The notes beneath the pieces were generated by a model. That model saw only the letters and a program-made list of their open reading frames with translations. It made no database searches and was not told the DNA's origin. From Mobula hypostoma (lineage: Eukaryota), in assembly GCF_963921235.1 (NCBI RefSeq), contig NC_086097.1, positions 151,406,001-151,470,000 on the forward strand: a stretch of DNA of 64,000 nt. The letters run 5' to 3'. Numbering within the stretch: position 1 is the first letter of the stretch; each line of letters begins with the position of its first letter. A program made the position numbers and the translations under genes. Positions 38,910 to 51,159 of this stretch are shown here, one piece after another.

Positions 38910-39870
38910 AAAACATATTTGCAAGAGGACCTCAGCTGGTCAAGTAGCATCTATGGAGGCAAAAGGATTATCAACATTTTAGATTTAGACCCTGCATCAG
39001 GACTTGACAGTAGAGGGGAGATTGTAACGAAGTGAAAGAGAAGGGAGAGGCAGGGGCTGGCAGGCAATAGATGGAACAAGGTAAGGAAGGGGATGATAGG
39101 CAGATGGAGCCATGCGGAGTGGAGGAAAGGGAAGGGTGAAGTTGGGAGATGTGATGGGTCTTGGCAGATAAGACAGGAGATAAAAGGGGAAAATGAAGTT
39201 GGGAGGATGAGTTGGGGATTTAGGGCAGAGGCTAGAATCTGATAATGAGAGTGATATGAATGTAGATAATGAAGGCATGAAGAGCAGATGGCACCCTTTG
39301 GTGATGGGAGAATTTCACCTGATTAGAGAGAGAGAGAAAGCATGAGAATGCAGGTTATCTAAAATGGAAAGTTCATTGTTCATATCATTGTGTTAGGGGC
39401 TTCTCGACAAATATGAGGTGTTGGTCTTCTAGTTTGTGTTTGACCTCACCCTGGCAATGGAGAAGGTAGAGAACAAATAGGTTGTTATAGGAATGGAAGC
39501 GGGGATGAAATGGAATACATTTGAGGGCTCAGGATGTCCACTGGAAATCAGGCAGGTCTTTCACAAAATGGTTACCCAGTCTATTCTTGGTCGTATTGAG
39601 AACTTGAGATACAAATGAGGTTGATTGGGGTGTATATGAATCTTTGCCTGACCTGGGAGACTCTTAATGTATATTGGTGAGGGATGTGTGGTTAGGACTG
39701 AGTGACCAAGCAATTACAGAAAGGGTGTTCCCTGCACAAAGCAGAAATTGGTACCAAGGGGGAAGATGTGACATGTAGGATCTCAGTGCAGCTGGCTGAA
39801 ATGGTGAATGATGACTTACTGGATGCAGCGGCTAGTAGAGTGAAACTTGAGGACCAAGTGAACCCTGTCT
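38910..39870 (-). mobile_element. Degenerate Penelope-like fragment
   Basis: ctcagctggtcaagtagcatctatgga...gaccctgcatcaggact, purine-rich UTR and decayed GIY-YIG coding region. Confidence 0.7.
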
Positions 39871-40608
39871 TTGAATTAGAGTAATTTTTCAGATTGGAAT
39901 AGATATAGACTATAAATTCCAGTAAGGTCAGATAATGGTGGTTTTTGGATTACAGCTATTGTAACACTGATCAATCAAGAAAGATTCACAACCCATGACA
40001 ACTCAAAGGGTTTACTGCCTTCTGATTGAATAGACTGCTAACAGAGTGACTCACTTGCTGTTTGGAGTTTTCTCAAGTTAGGAAGGTGAAGGTTTTTAAA
40101 ACATTTACGCAAGGGATATTGGCTTTGCAGGCTGACCCAGTATTTAATTGCCCATCCTTAGTTCCCTTGAGGTGAAATTATTTAGTGGTGAATATTTTAT
40201 CAGTAGGGATAAGGTGTCTCCTGTTACTGAATGTCAGGTTTCTAACAGTGTCCATTACACCCAGCTATCACCCAAAGGGGAAATTATGTAATTTTTTTGT
40301 GCAAATAGGCGTTACAAAGACTTCTGAAGAAGTGTACTTGTATTTTAAAAAAAAGTATCAATTGCTTCACAGGCTTGGTGAGTCTAGTTCTTTTCAGGAA
40401 AACATCCAATCAGGTTAAGCCTTTATCAGTTGGTTAAAGGAGCAACTGGGGTTTACTGCTAAATTTTCCAAGGTAAATATCTGGTTAGTATTTGTTATCT
40501 AGATTCCAAATTAAAGATGCTGCAGAATTCAACATAGTAGTTTGTTTTTATGAAGTAAGATTATTAACAGCTTTCACAGGTGTGTAATAAATGTGTTTGT
40601 AAATCAAA

Positions 40609-41305
40609 CTAGACAACCCGGTGACCCGTTGGGCCACCCTTTGAGAGAAGGGTAGTGTAGTCTTGACCATAATGTCCCCCTTCCCTTTCCACGCGACATA
40701 ATTAGGCTGTCCATATTTTTTTACCCTAATGCTTGACAGAAGATACGAAGCAGTAACACCAAAGCCTTCAGGATGCTGATTTTTCTTGATGATGTGGTTG
40801 GCGCTCTCCTAAATGGACGTGATAGCCCGGCCTTTTTGCTGCGTTTGGTGTCACTGGTGTGAGCATCATGAGGCACTGCTGAGGCTGGCCGTGTGCATGC
40901 GTTGTGGTGTCGCATAGCGGTTTCCATGAAAGGTGGAATCGGCTCTGTGAGCATTGTGAGGCGCTGCTGCAGCTGGCCGTGCGCATGCGTTGTGGTGTCG
41001 TGTCACGGTTTCCATGAAGGGTGCAGTCGGCTCTGTGAGCATCATGAGGTGTTGCTGAGGCTGGCCGTGGGCTTATGTCGTGGTGTCGTGTCGCGGTTTC
41101 CATTAAAGCTGGAATCGGGTTGTGGAAAGCAGGGCCTGTTGATTGACGAGTGAGCAATTTTATATGACTATATAACCCGAACTTTGCATGCATTCTGTAA
41201 GTTAGCGCATCTTAAGTCGATTTAGTCAAAAAAAGTGCCGCTGTAATGCACCATTTGGGCTAGTTGGAGGTCACAAACAGCATGAGAATTTTAGTAGTAT
41301 ATAGA
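40609..41305 (-). mobile_element. Non-autonomous Helitron (rolling-circle transposon)
   Basis: Minus strand A|TCTATATACTACTAAAA ... GGTGGCCC-AAC-GGGTCACC gggttgt CTAG|T: 5' TC, 3' CTAG, GC-rich hairpin ending 11 nt before the end, inserted between A and T, no TSD. Confidence 0.85.
40859..41122. repeat. Three tandem copies of an 88-bp GC-rich unit inside the Helitron
   Basis: Units start gtgagcat at 40859, 40947 and 41035 and share gctggccgtg...tggtgtcg...cggtttccat. Confidence 0.9.
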
Positions 41306-42295
41306 TGTGTGACACTCATTCTTGGGCTGCTTAGTTTTGATAATTTCACTGTCAGAATCGAGCATTTTAGGATTTTGCCTTAACTGGAAGCACCCGGTTG
41401 ATGAGTAATTTATGGTTGGCATGGACATCGTGGGCTGAAGGGACAGTTCCTCTGCTGGCTGTGTGACTGTGGCAAGGCTGTTGCCATAGTATGTAGCAGT
41501 TGAACCTACCAGAGCCTGTATTCTCAAACTTGAAGTGGATTTTATGCACAGGTGCAATGGAAAAATTACTTGCAGCAGTGTCACAGGTATCACATAGAAT
41601 CAGATACACAACATTCATAAGAAAAAAACATTAATTTACACACTATTTTTGACAAGAAAGGAGCCAATTAGAACAAAAATGTAATTTCCCTTGGTGTGCA
41701 GTGGTCATAGTATTGCTATACTGAGGTGATGTTTAGGGTTGTGCAGGTTGTTTCAACACTGGAAAAGTCTTTTGCATCCAAACATTCTGTGAAGATATAT
41801 TTAATGCATTTCTTGGATATCACTAACAAGATTGCACTTTCAGATGCTGTTGCAGTTTTATTGAGAAAATATAATGATTGACTAGAGGCAGAAGAATGTA
41901 TCTTTCCCTTTTAAATTATTTGGCATTGGTAAAATGTTATACAGAGTCCCAATTTGGGTGCAGTAGCCAAGTAGTCTCTTTCTATACTGTGTCATTCAAT
42001 GTTTTCAAATTGCTAAATGTTTGTATATTTAAGTTAATTGTTTTTCCACTGTTCTAAGATTCATTTTCTTTATAAAAGGGATGCATCTGACAAGTAACTT
42101 TGGATTTTAAGGCAGGTGTTATTGCTAAAAATGTTAGTGATGTGGAGAGTGTAGAATGACAGCTGCAATATACATATACCAAAATTCAATAAATAAAAGG
42201 CTAGTGTGAAAGAAGTGCGGTCAGCAATTATTCTGAAGATCTTGACCTGACATTTGAAAATTGTTTTTTTTCCTTCTACATCTCCCACTTAACAG

Positions 42296-42442
42296 GAAGA
42301 GGAATTACGGAAGAGCGGTGAATCTAAATATGCACATCTTAATGAGGATTTGCATGTACTGATTGAAGTATTTGCGCCACCATCAGAGGCCTATGCTAGA
42401 ATGGGACATGCTCTAGAGGAAGTAAAGAAATTCCTCATACCG
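42296..42442 (+). CDS. KHDRBS3: KHDRBS3 coding exon 4: [49 protein letters not shown]
   Basis: Polypyrimidine tract, aacag| ... |gttggt. 147 nt, in frame. C-terminal half of the maxi-KH domain. Confidence 0.95.
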
Positions 42443-42739
42443 GTTGGTATTTAAATTCATATTCTCATTAATTTTATTTTTGTTTTGATTATTGTGATTT
42501 GAACACATAATTCTAGAAGTATTTGAGAGCTATAGAAATGTCATTCGGTTCAACAAACAAGAAGACTATTCCCTCTAGGAACAGACTTAATCCATCTGGC
42601 CTATTTGATTACAATATGATTAACTGCAAACTAATGGGTCTGTACAAAACAAAAGTGGATGGCTAGATAAATTGGTGCAAAATAAGGACATCTTTGTTGG
42701 TTGCTATTATACTTCTATTTAATAGTTTTTAAATTATTC

Positions 42740-43200
42740 TTGAGCCTGGTGACATGTGCTTTCATGATTTTTACATTTCCTGCTGATGGGAGAGGAGAGA
42801 AGAGAATGTCATGGTGGGAGGGTCTTTGGTTGTGTCATGTGCTTTACCAAAGCAGCACGAAACGAAGACAGAGTCCATAGTGGGAACTTGGTTTCCATGA
42901 TTTGCTGAGCTGTGCCTACAACTTTTGGCAGTTTCTTGTAGTCAGTAGTAGAGCAGTTACCATATGAAGCTGTGATTTATTTGGAACATTGGTAAAAATA
43001 GGTGAGGGTCAAAGGAGACATGACAAGCTTCTTTAGTTTCCTGAGGAAATAGAGACACTAGTGAGCTTTCTGGGCATCCATGTGGTTTGATCAGGATGGG
43101 TTACATAGAGTAGAGTAGGAGGCTGAAGACACAGCCATGTAGGGCACCAGTGTTGAGGATAATCATGGCAAAAAGAGTTGCTTCTTGTTCTTAATGATTC
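42740..43200 (-). mobile_element. Rex1/Babar-like LINE fragment
   Basis: Homologous to the 2800-3530 fragment. Confidence 0.55.
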
Positions 43201-43395
43201 CAGTCTTATTAATGTTTTTTTTAAAAAAAAGGGAGGCAGTTAGTTCCTCTGATCGACCCTTCCACATTACGTAGCTGTTTTATTCTTTGATCTCGGGTTT
43301 ATCAGTATGAAATAAAACCATTGGGTCTGAAGGGATATAATGCAAGAACTTGCTTCAGATCATAGCCACTCCATTATATAGTACAAAAATGCATA

Positions 43396-43738
43396 CAAGG
43401 GGTGATTGATAAGTTTGTGGCCTAAAGTAGAAGGAGTCAATTTTAGAAAACCTAGCACATTTATTTTTCAATATAATCCCCTCCTACATTTACACAATTA
43501 GTCCAGCGGGCTTGGAGCATACCTATCCCTTCTTTGAAGAAGTTGGCGTCTTGGACCTCCAGGAAATTGTCCACAACAGGGATAATTGATAAGTTCGTGG
43601 CCTAAAGTAGAAGAAGATGAGTTATTAACTTCAATCTTTCTGCATAATCACTCAGAGTAGAACTGCACGTGCATGTAACGGGAGCTGAATAACTCATCTC
43701 CTTCTACCTTAGGCCATGAACTTATCAATCACCCCTCC
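43396..43738. mobile_element. Mariner-type MITE
   Basis: TA flanks. About 40-bp TIRs caaggggtgattgataagtttgtggcctaaagtagaagg / ccttctaccttaggccatgaacttatcaatcacccctcc. Third internal TIR copy near 43578-43630. Confidence 0.85.
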
Positions 43739-44179
43739 TATGTCAACTACCACTGTTCCAGAAAAAATGATTAAGTGAAATGGTCTGCAGTTGATGCCAG
43801 TGGCAGAGAAAGTGAGGGAAGGTGCGGGTGAAACAAAGGGAATTAGGTTATTTAGAGTTTGCTTTCAATAAGTTCATTGTCCAATTTCCAGTTTAATTAA
43901 TTGGCTTGTGTTCCTGTGCAGCAAGAAGACAGACAAAAGCATTCCTATGTTTTCAGACAATAGACAATAGACAACAGACCACCTGTGTATAGTGCAGAAG
44001 GCATTCCTCAAAGCCCATCTTTTCCTCAAAGTCTAAAGTTCTTCCTGCAGGTGCCGTTTGGAAATTTTTAAACCTTTATTAGAAATTAACCAGTATAGTC
44101 AGTCATATTGCAGTGTTTAAATGGCAATTACACCTCCATGTGACAAATAATAAGGGAATATGACCCATCAGATCATATT

Positions 44180-44920
44180 TCAGTTTCATTTATTTATCAT
44201 ATGTATATCAAAACATACTATAAAATGTGTCATTTGTATTAGAGCAAACACAAGCTCGTGAAGTGCTGAGGGCAGCCAGCAAGTGTTATCTACACATACC
44301 AGCGCCAGCGTACTGAGGCATGCCCAGAATGTTAACAGAACAACACATGCAGCAACAGCAACAAAACATGCCCCGTTCTTTCCTCTCAGCCGCCGTTAGA
44401 CTTGCGTACATTGAGCTTGAACTTCCGCAGTGGTGCAGATCCCGGGCCTCATCTTCTGGGCTTCCAATTGACCTAAGGGCTATGATCTTTGGTTTTGACC
44501 CCAGGACTTGCTGATGACGGATGAGGACCATGAGTTCCAATCTTTGAACTCCAGATTCACCAACTCGCATACCTAGGGGGTAACCGGCTAGTGTTCCTCT
44601 TGCCTACATGGAACCTGATCCTGGATCCTGCTGGCAACCTGTTGACCTGGAGGACCACCAGCCCTTATCCTTACTGGTCCACCGGCCTGATATTTAACCA
44701 CTGATATCTTTATCCCATGTCCACGTCACTGGATTTTGAATGCAGAGTCATGATCTAGACTCAGGCCTGAATTCTAATACGCCACATCCCTGTCCCTAAA
44801 CCCTAAACAGACTCCTAACTCCCCTCTCTTCCCAAAGCTATCCCTATAAACCTTAAAAAAAAACAACAACAACTACTGTCTGAGCCACGACCTCATTGGA
44901 GACTGTAGCTTGGCACCTTT
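44180..44920 (-). mobile_element. Non-autonomous retroelement (LINE-tail type), unclassified
   Basis: tttatttatc... tail typical of the local Rex-like family and GC-richer body. No credible ORF. Confidence 0.4.
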
Positions 44921-45177
44921 TTGACTGGATGTCCCCGGAAATATGAAATCAACAAATCTGATTCTTTCTTCTTTACACACAGCATCCTGAAGGGGCCTTT
45001 GTATCTTTGTATCTTAGTTATGGGGCTAGAGGAAATTAAAGATGGGAAGAAGTGGTGGGAAGAGAAGGAATTTGAAGATGGAGATAAGAATTTTTATGTT
45101 TTGGTGCTGCTTAACTGGGAGGTAGTACAGATAACCAAGTATAGGAATACAAGCAAAGGAAAAGATAGAAAGAGTAT

Positions 45178-45900
45178 TCAAAGATTTCAAAGATACATTT
45201 ATTGTCAGAGAAATGTATACAATATATATCCTGAAATGGTTTTTCTTCACAACCATCCACGAAAAACAGAGGAGTGCCCCAAAGAATGAATGACAGTTAA
45301 ATGTTAGAACCCCAAAGTACCCCACAGTACCCCTCCGTCCCGTGCATAAGTGGCAGCAAGCAACAATCCACCCTCCCCCCACCGGCAAAAAAAACATTGG
45401 CATCCACCACCGAGCACTCAAGTGTGAGCAAAGCAACAGCAAAGACACAGACTTACAGTACTCCAAAGACTACTTGTTCACTTGGTATGAGACATACCAC
45501 AGGCTTTCTCTCTCCCTAATAAGGGAGAAAGAGGTATCTCCGTTTCATAGCGAGAGGGGAGGCATAACAATGTTAAAAGTCCATTGCGTCACTTTTTCCA
45601 AGCTCTGTGCCCAAAGATCTGGGGTCTCTGGGCACGCAGCCTTAGATCTTCCATCTCCCAGGACACACTAATCTCCTGCCCAGACACCGACCTTTGATCC
45701 GCCCATCTCCAGGCCCACGAGATCTTGGCCCTCCAAAGGCGAGCTGTGCTCTTAGACCGAACCCTTGGCGTGCTGAATAACGGACTGGCGTGAAACTCCG
45801 AGAGTGGATCCCATTCTCGCAAAGAATCATAGTCAACGTGTAACTCCGGGTCGGTGTCTTCAAAAGAACCCTGAAAGGGAAAAATAGAGATATTAAAGAT
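45178..45900 (-). mobile_element. Non-autonomous retroelement with Rex-like 3' tail
   Basis: caaagatttcaaagatacatttattgtcagag tail, matching the reverse complement of the tail at 1-100 and 48890-48960. Confidence 0.5.
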
Positions 45901-46336
45901 GGCTATCTGGCTCCTTGTATCTTATCCTCCATTCAGTAAGATAATGGTTGATCTTTTATCTTGGAATCATTTTCCTCGGTCTTTTACCATAGAATCACTA
46001 AACTGTTATCTCTTGGTTTCCTTAATATTTATGATGGATGGGTAGAACCTGGTGCAAATTAGGAAGTGAACAGGAGTTTTGGATAACCTTGAGTGTATGT
46101 TAAATAGAACAAAGGACACATAAGCTTAGTGCTGGAATACTCTTGCCTAATATAACAAAGTTACTAGAAAGCACTTGAGGAGGTGAGCTACTGATGCCAC
46201 ACAAGTGGAAAAAAGTGGCCTTAAAGAATGAAATTGGATCTGAAACAGGTTTTAAAAAAAAGCTTGTCCGTTACCATCTTGAGTTACTTCTCCTGTAAAG
46301 TAATAATATTTATAATGTGTGTGTCTTTGTTTTCAG

Positions 46337-46473
46337 GATTACAATGATGAAATTAGACAACAACAGCTTCAGGAGTTGTCATACCTGAATGGTACACCAG
46401 AAAGTCCAGAAACTCCATCGGTTCGGGGGAAACCAGTGAGGGGCCGAGGAGCAATTGTTCCAGCTTTAACCAG
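46337..46473 (+). CDS. KHDRBS3: KHDRBS3 coding exon 5: QUA2 and start of RG-rich region, [45 protein letters not shown](R)
   Basis: ttttcag| ... |gtgtga. 137 nt, phase 0 to 2. [20 protein letters not shown]2 motif. Confidence 0.94.
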
Positions 46474-47349
46474 GTGTGAATAAATATATGTAGTCTAGTA
46501 CTATAGCTTGTGACATGCTGACTTTTAACTTAATTTCAGAATCAGTTTTGCATTCTCAGATGTTTTGACTGTTCATCAATATTAAATTTTATATTAAACT
46601 TGGAACAGCACAGGAATAGGCCCTGGCCTTCTGTCTGTGCCTGATCATATTTTCCCATTCCCATTGCATATTCATTTAGACAGGTGAATATGTGTCATAT
46701 TCGCTTTCTTAAATGTCATTATCATATCTGTTTCCATCACTATCCCTGGTAGCCTGTTTGTCAAAACACTTCACTTGCCCATCTCAAGATGGAGGCAGAT
46801 AAAGCAATAATATATAAGGAACATCTTGCAAGGTACTTGAATGACTAAGGCTCAGTGTGGTATGGAATTGGTGCAAGCAGGCAAGATTAATATAGACAAA
46901 GTAGTGGACCAAAGTGCATGTTTTTGTACTGTACAACTTTGATTCTATGACTAAAAAACTACGAAGACCGATGTTACATGAATGCTGTACAGTAAATTGT
47001 GAGCACTGTTGTGGGGGGGGGGGGGGTGGATATACTTTTAAGACTAATTGAATCTTATAAAAATACTAAATGTTCCTAATTTTGCTCTCCTTTAAACCAG
47101 ACTCCTTTTCTCAATAAGTTACTGATAGGGAAGGGCAAGCAAAGGGTGGTTGAGCCAGTAATACATAGGAAAGAGAAGTTTAGAATTGCCTGTGTTGATG
47201 GCAGTGCAGAAACATGATAATAAAGGAGGAAAGGTTTTTTATATATATACACGTACACGCACACACACACACACGCACGCACACAGAAAGTGTTGAAATT
47301 CACTGGATTTTATTTTATGGGAAGTGGAGCAAATGAGGAGAATGTGTGC

Positions 47350-47722
47350 AACATACATAAAATGTTGGAGGAACTCAGCAGACCAGAAGCATCTACAGAA
47401 AAGAATAAACAGTTAACATTTCGGGCTGAGACCCTTCATCAGGACTGGAAGAAAAGATGGGAAGTTAGAGCAAGGCAGTGGGGGGAGGGGAGGAATAAGT
47501 TCAAGGTAGTAGGTGATGGGTGAAACCTGGAGGGGGTGGGGTCAGATAACGTTGGCAAAGGAGATAAAGGGTTGGAGAAGGTGGAATCTGATAGAGGGTA
47601 GAAGATCATAGAAGAAAGAGAAGGGGAATGGAGCACCAGAAGGGGATGATGTGCAGATATGGAGATAAGGTGAGAGATGGGAATGGTGAAGGGGGAACAG
47701 TTGCCAAAAGTTGGAGAAATTG
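47350..47722 (-). mobile_element. Penelope-like pLTR fragment with a near-intact hammerhead (47411-47446)
   Basis: Minus strand agtcctgatgaagggtctcagcccgaaatgttaact. Ends 57 nt upstream of the exon 6 acceptor. Confidence 0.8.
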
Positions 47723-47779
47723 GTAAGTTGTTTTTGTTTGCTTTCTTTTAATGGCTCTTCTTTTTTGTGCTATTATCAG

Positions 47780-47963
47780 AGGTCGTGGTGGAGTTCCTCC
47801 CCCCACATCTGCAGTTCCACGATCAGGGCCCGTTCCCAGAGGAGCACCTCCTGGTCGAGGTCCTGGAACTAGAGGACGAGGAGTTCCAGCACCAAGAGCA
47901 AGAGGAGCAGCAGGTTATAGACCACCACCGCCCCCTGTACAAGATTCTGCATATGGTGAATAT
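47780..47963 (+). CDS. KHDRBS3: KHDRBS3 coding exon 6: RG/Pro-rich, [61 protein letters not shown]
   Basis: Long pyrimidine tract, atcag| ... |gtaagt. 184 nt, phase 2 to 0, in frame with exon 5. Overlaps ORF 47751..47996 and ends in the YRPPPPP...YGEY motif. Confidence 0.93.
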
Positions 47964-48569
47964 GTAAGTAAATCACTTCGTGTGATAATGGAATGAAGAT
48001 TTTAAATAAGCTGGAAAAATCTAACAGAGAGTCAGTAATCCTATAAAAAATAAATTGCTTACCAATAATAACAAAATGGATCATGAGCTTCTCCCCAATT
48101 TGACAAAATTTTAAAATAATAAAGTGGAGGAATCAGTTTAAACAGGAAAAATGTAAGCCATATTCCCATAACCTTAGCAAGGACGAGAAGAAAGCGCTGT
48201 ATAATTGCTGAATGTGCCTCAGATTCTTCTCATCTGGAATGCCTGATTTGCATGGATGGAGGTCATCTCCATTGTGACCAATTTCATCTTCTAACAGAAC
48301 TAAGTTTTTATGAACTGCTTTCTCATTTTATACTTTAGGAAGATTGCTGGTGAATTGAGCTCACTTTAAAAAAAATCGTTAATGAGCAGCTAATCATTTG
48401 CAGATTTTAAAAAAACGTTATAATACAATTAATTCAGAAAGTACTCGACCCTTTGAGTTTCCAAGTTTAAATTTAAGTGTTTAGCTAGACCCATGGTAAT
48501 TGAAAATCCTATATCCTAAGATCTTGGTAAAAATCTTACAATACAGGCATTGAAATTTGGCTAGTCCTT

Positions 48570-48960
48570 GGCCTAGCATGTTGCGCAGAAAACATGGCAG
48601 TGCCTCTACTTCCTTAGAGGTTCGGAAAAATTCAGCATGACATCTAAAACTTTGACAAACTTTTATAGATGTGTGCTGGAGAGTATAGTGACTGGTTACA
48701 TCACGGCCTGGTATGGAAACAACAATGCCCTTGAATGGAAAATCCGACAAACAGTAGAAAAAGCAGCCCTTCACAGGTAAAATCCTCCCCACCACTGAGC
48801 ACATTTACATGGAGCACTGTCTTTTGCACAATGGTGTGGTCTTTCATTGATTCTATTATGTTTCTTCAATTTACTGAATATGCCTGCAAGGAAATGAACC
48901 TCAGGGTTGTATATGGTGACATATATGTACTTTGATAATAAATTTAGTTTGCGCTTTGAT
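48570..48960 (+). mobile_element. Rex1/Babar-like LINE 3' end
   Basis: LYFLRG.KFSMTSKTLTNFYRCVLESIVTG.IT.WYG-like remnant and gtactttgataataaatt tail. Confidence 0.75.
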
Positions 48961-49729
48961 ATAGTTCTACCACTGAGAGTTGTTTGTGGTAGATAGTGTT
49001 CAAGGATGCACCATATGGACTATAGAACAGCACAGCACAGGAACAGGCTCATCGGCCCACAATCTTCTGCCTTCTGCCTACACAATGTCAATTTCTTTCC
49101 ATTTCCTACACATGTGCTTATTTGAGAATTTCTTGAACACCACTATCATATTTGCTTCCACCATTACCTCAGGCAGCACATTCCGGGCACCCACCACTCT
49201 GTGTTGCCCCACACATCTCTTCTGAATTTAACTCCTCTCACCTTAAATCCATGCCCTCTGGTGTAGTTTAAGATTTAAAAAAAACTGGGGACTTGGGCTG
49301 CATTGTAATTTAGTGCTGAAAAGAGAAATAACTAAATTTAAGACTGATTTCTTGTATTACCCCATTTCGATGTTAGAAATTTCATTAGATGGATGAAGTG
49401 AAGCAAGATGATCATAATATTACAATAGCAATATAATATTGATAAGCTAATACACTGCACTGGTATAGATTAATGGATAAATATTAGTCAAGATAATGAA
49501 AAAAATTATAGGCATTCCAAAAGCTCCCGTGCTTAGATTAGTGTTAATTGGGTTTTTGATATGGGTTGCTGGGGCAACATGGCTCAAAGGGCTGGAAGGG
49601 CCTACTCTTGTATCACTAAATAAATGAATACTTTTTATCAATAACTTAACTTCATAAGTACCTGGGTGTAAAGTCTTTTGCATTGCCCTGGGGTCATGTA
49701 AATTGCTGTATCATTGGATGTCTTTCTAA

Positions 49730-50185
49730 CTTCAAATTTCAAGTTCAAAGTTAATATATTATCAAAATACATAAATGCTACCATATACCTAAGATTCTTT
49801 TCCATTATCTTTGGGGCATGTTCAATAAATCTAATAACCAAGATAGAATCAATGAAAGACTGCACCAACAGGGCGAATAACTAGTATGCAAAGCACAACA
49901 AATTGCAAATACGAAAACAGGGAGAAAAAGAAATAATAAAAATAATAAATAAGCAACAAATATCAACAGCATGCGATGAGAGTCTTTGTAAGTGAGTCCA
50001 TAGATTATGGGAATATTTCAGTGATAGGGCAAGTGAAATTGAGTGAAGTTATAACTGTTCCTGAACCAGGTGTTGCAAGTCCTGAGGTTTCTGTTCCACC
50101 GTCCTGATGGCTGCAGTGAGAAGAGAACATGTCCTAAATTCTTGTGGGGCGGGGGCAGGGAGGGGATTCCTTGATGATGGATTCA
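49730..50185 (-). mobile_element. Rex1/Babar-like LINE 3' end
   Basis: ttcaagttcaaagttaatatattatcaaa tail; homologous to 2540-2900. Confidence 0.65.
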
Positions 50186-51159
50186 GTGGGTAAGGTAGCA
50201 TCCATGTCAATATTTAATTATTTCTGAGGAGCAATCACTAACTGCAAAATTGACTATTTCCTTCTCTCTAATGGATGCTGCCTGTTCAATTGAGTTCTTC
50301 CATTAGTTTCTGGTTTTGTTTTAGATTACTGGCATCTGCATCCTCCAGTTTCTATAGATTGGAATCTCAAATTTGTTTTCTGATTTCTTAGTAAGAATGC
50401 TACTACCAAGAGGAGAATTTGAATTTAACTGGCTGTGACTGCATGCAAATATTCCCAGAAGCCCATATATTATTCCTGGCAATGGAAACCCTTAACTAAT
50501 GAGCTCCTCTCTCCTTGCTCCCCTCTCCTGAGGGCTCTTGCTCTCATGATTTGCTGAACAGCAAGAGGTAGACATCAACACCATTACCTGCAGCTGCTTG
50601 ATGTTAGCAGAGTAAACAGTGTTTACTGCCACAGTTTGATATTAATGTGGGCTGTTAAGACTGTAGTACTTTGAAGCAGAATTAGGCTTTTGAGCCTGTG
50701 AAATCTGCTCCACCATTCAATAATGCCTGATTTATTTTCCCCCTCAACCCCATTCTCCTGCCCTCTCCCCATAACCTATAGAGATGGCTGGACTGGGGAG
50801 GATGGCTGAGTCATATGTGTTTGGAAGAAATGTTCTTTGACTATTTGTTGATGGGAAGAACATGGGGTAAATATAGCTTTGATTACATTCCCTACATCTG
50901 ATGTTACAATCCTATCTAGAAACTCTCTTACATCTGTAAGACAGTGAAAATCTTTTTGAAGGTTTGGAGAAAATGCTGCACTGGCCAATTTTTGTGGGTT
51001 TTTTTTTCAGTGTATTCACTATTTAGGGCAAATAAGCTGTATCTCTAGATTCAAAGTCAAAGTTGAGCTTATTGTCACATGCACAAGTACATGTATGCAA
51101 GAGGTACTGTTCTGTTTTTTACTGACAGAACATAGTTTGTATGTATCTAATTATAATAG

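Noticed and set aside
40859..41122. 88-bp periodic repeat as a CRISPR-like array, or as coding repeats (ORFs 40768..41193 and 40893..41153)
   Set aside because: Whole units repeat with no unique spacers, there are no cas genes, and the context is eukaryotic. An 88-bp period is not a multiple of 3. It lies within Helitron termini.
44790..44830. ccctaaaccctaaac telomere-like repeat
   Set aside because: Only two units, not TTAGGG, inside a dispersed repeat.
47245..47286. (TA)n/(CA)n microsatellite
   Set aside because: Short, interrupted, ordinary simple repeat.
47723..47779. GTAAGT donor 57 nt upstream of the exon-6 acceptor (mini-intron or Penelope exonisation)
   Set aside because: The intron would be shorter than typical vertebrate minimum size, and no upstream acceptor was evident in the purine-rich repeat.
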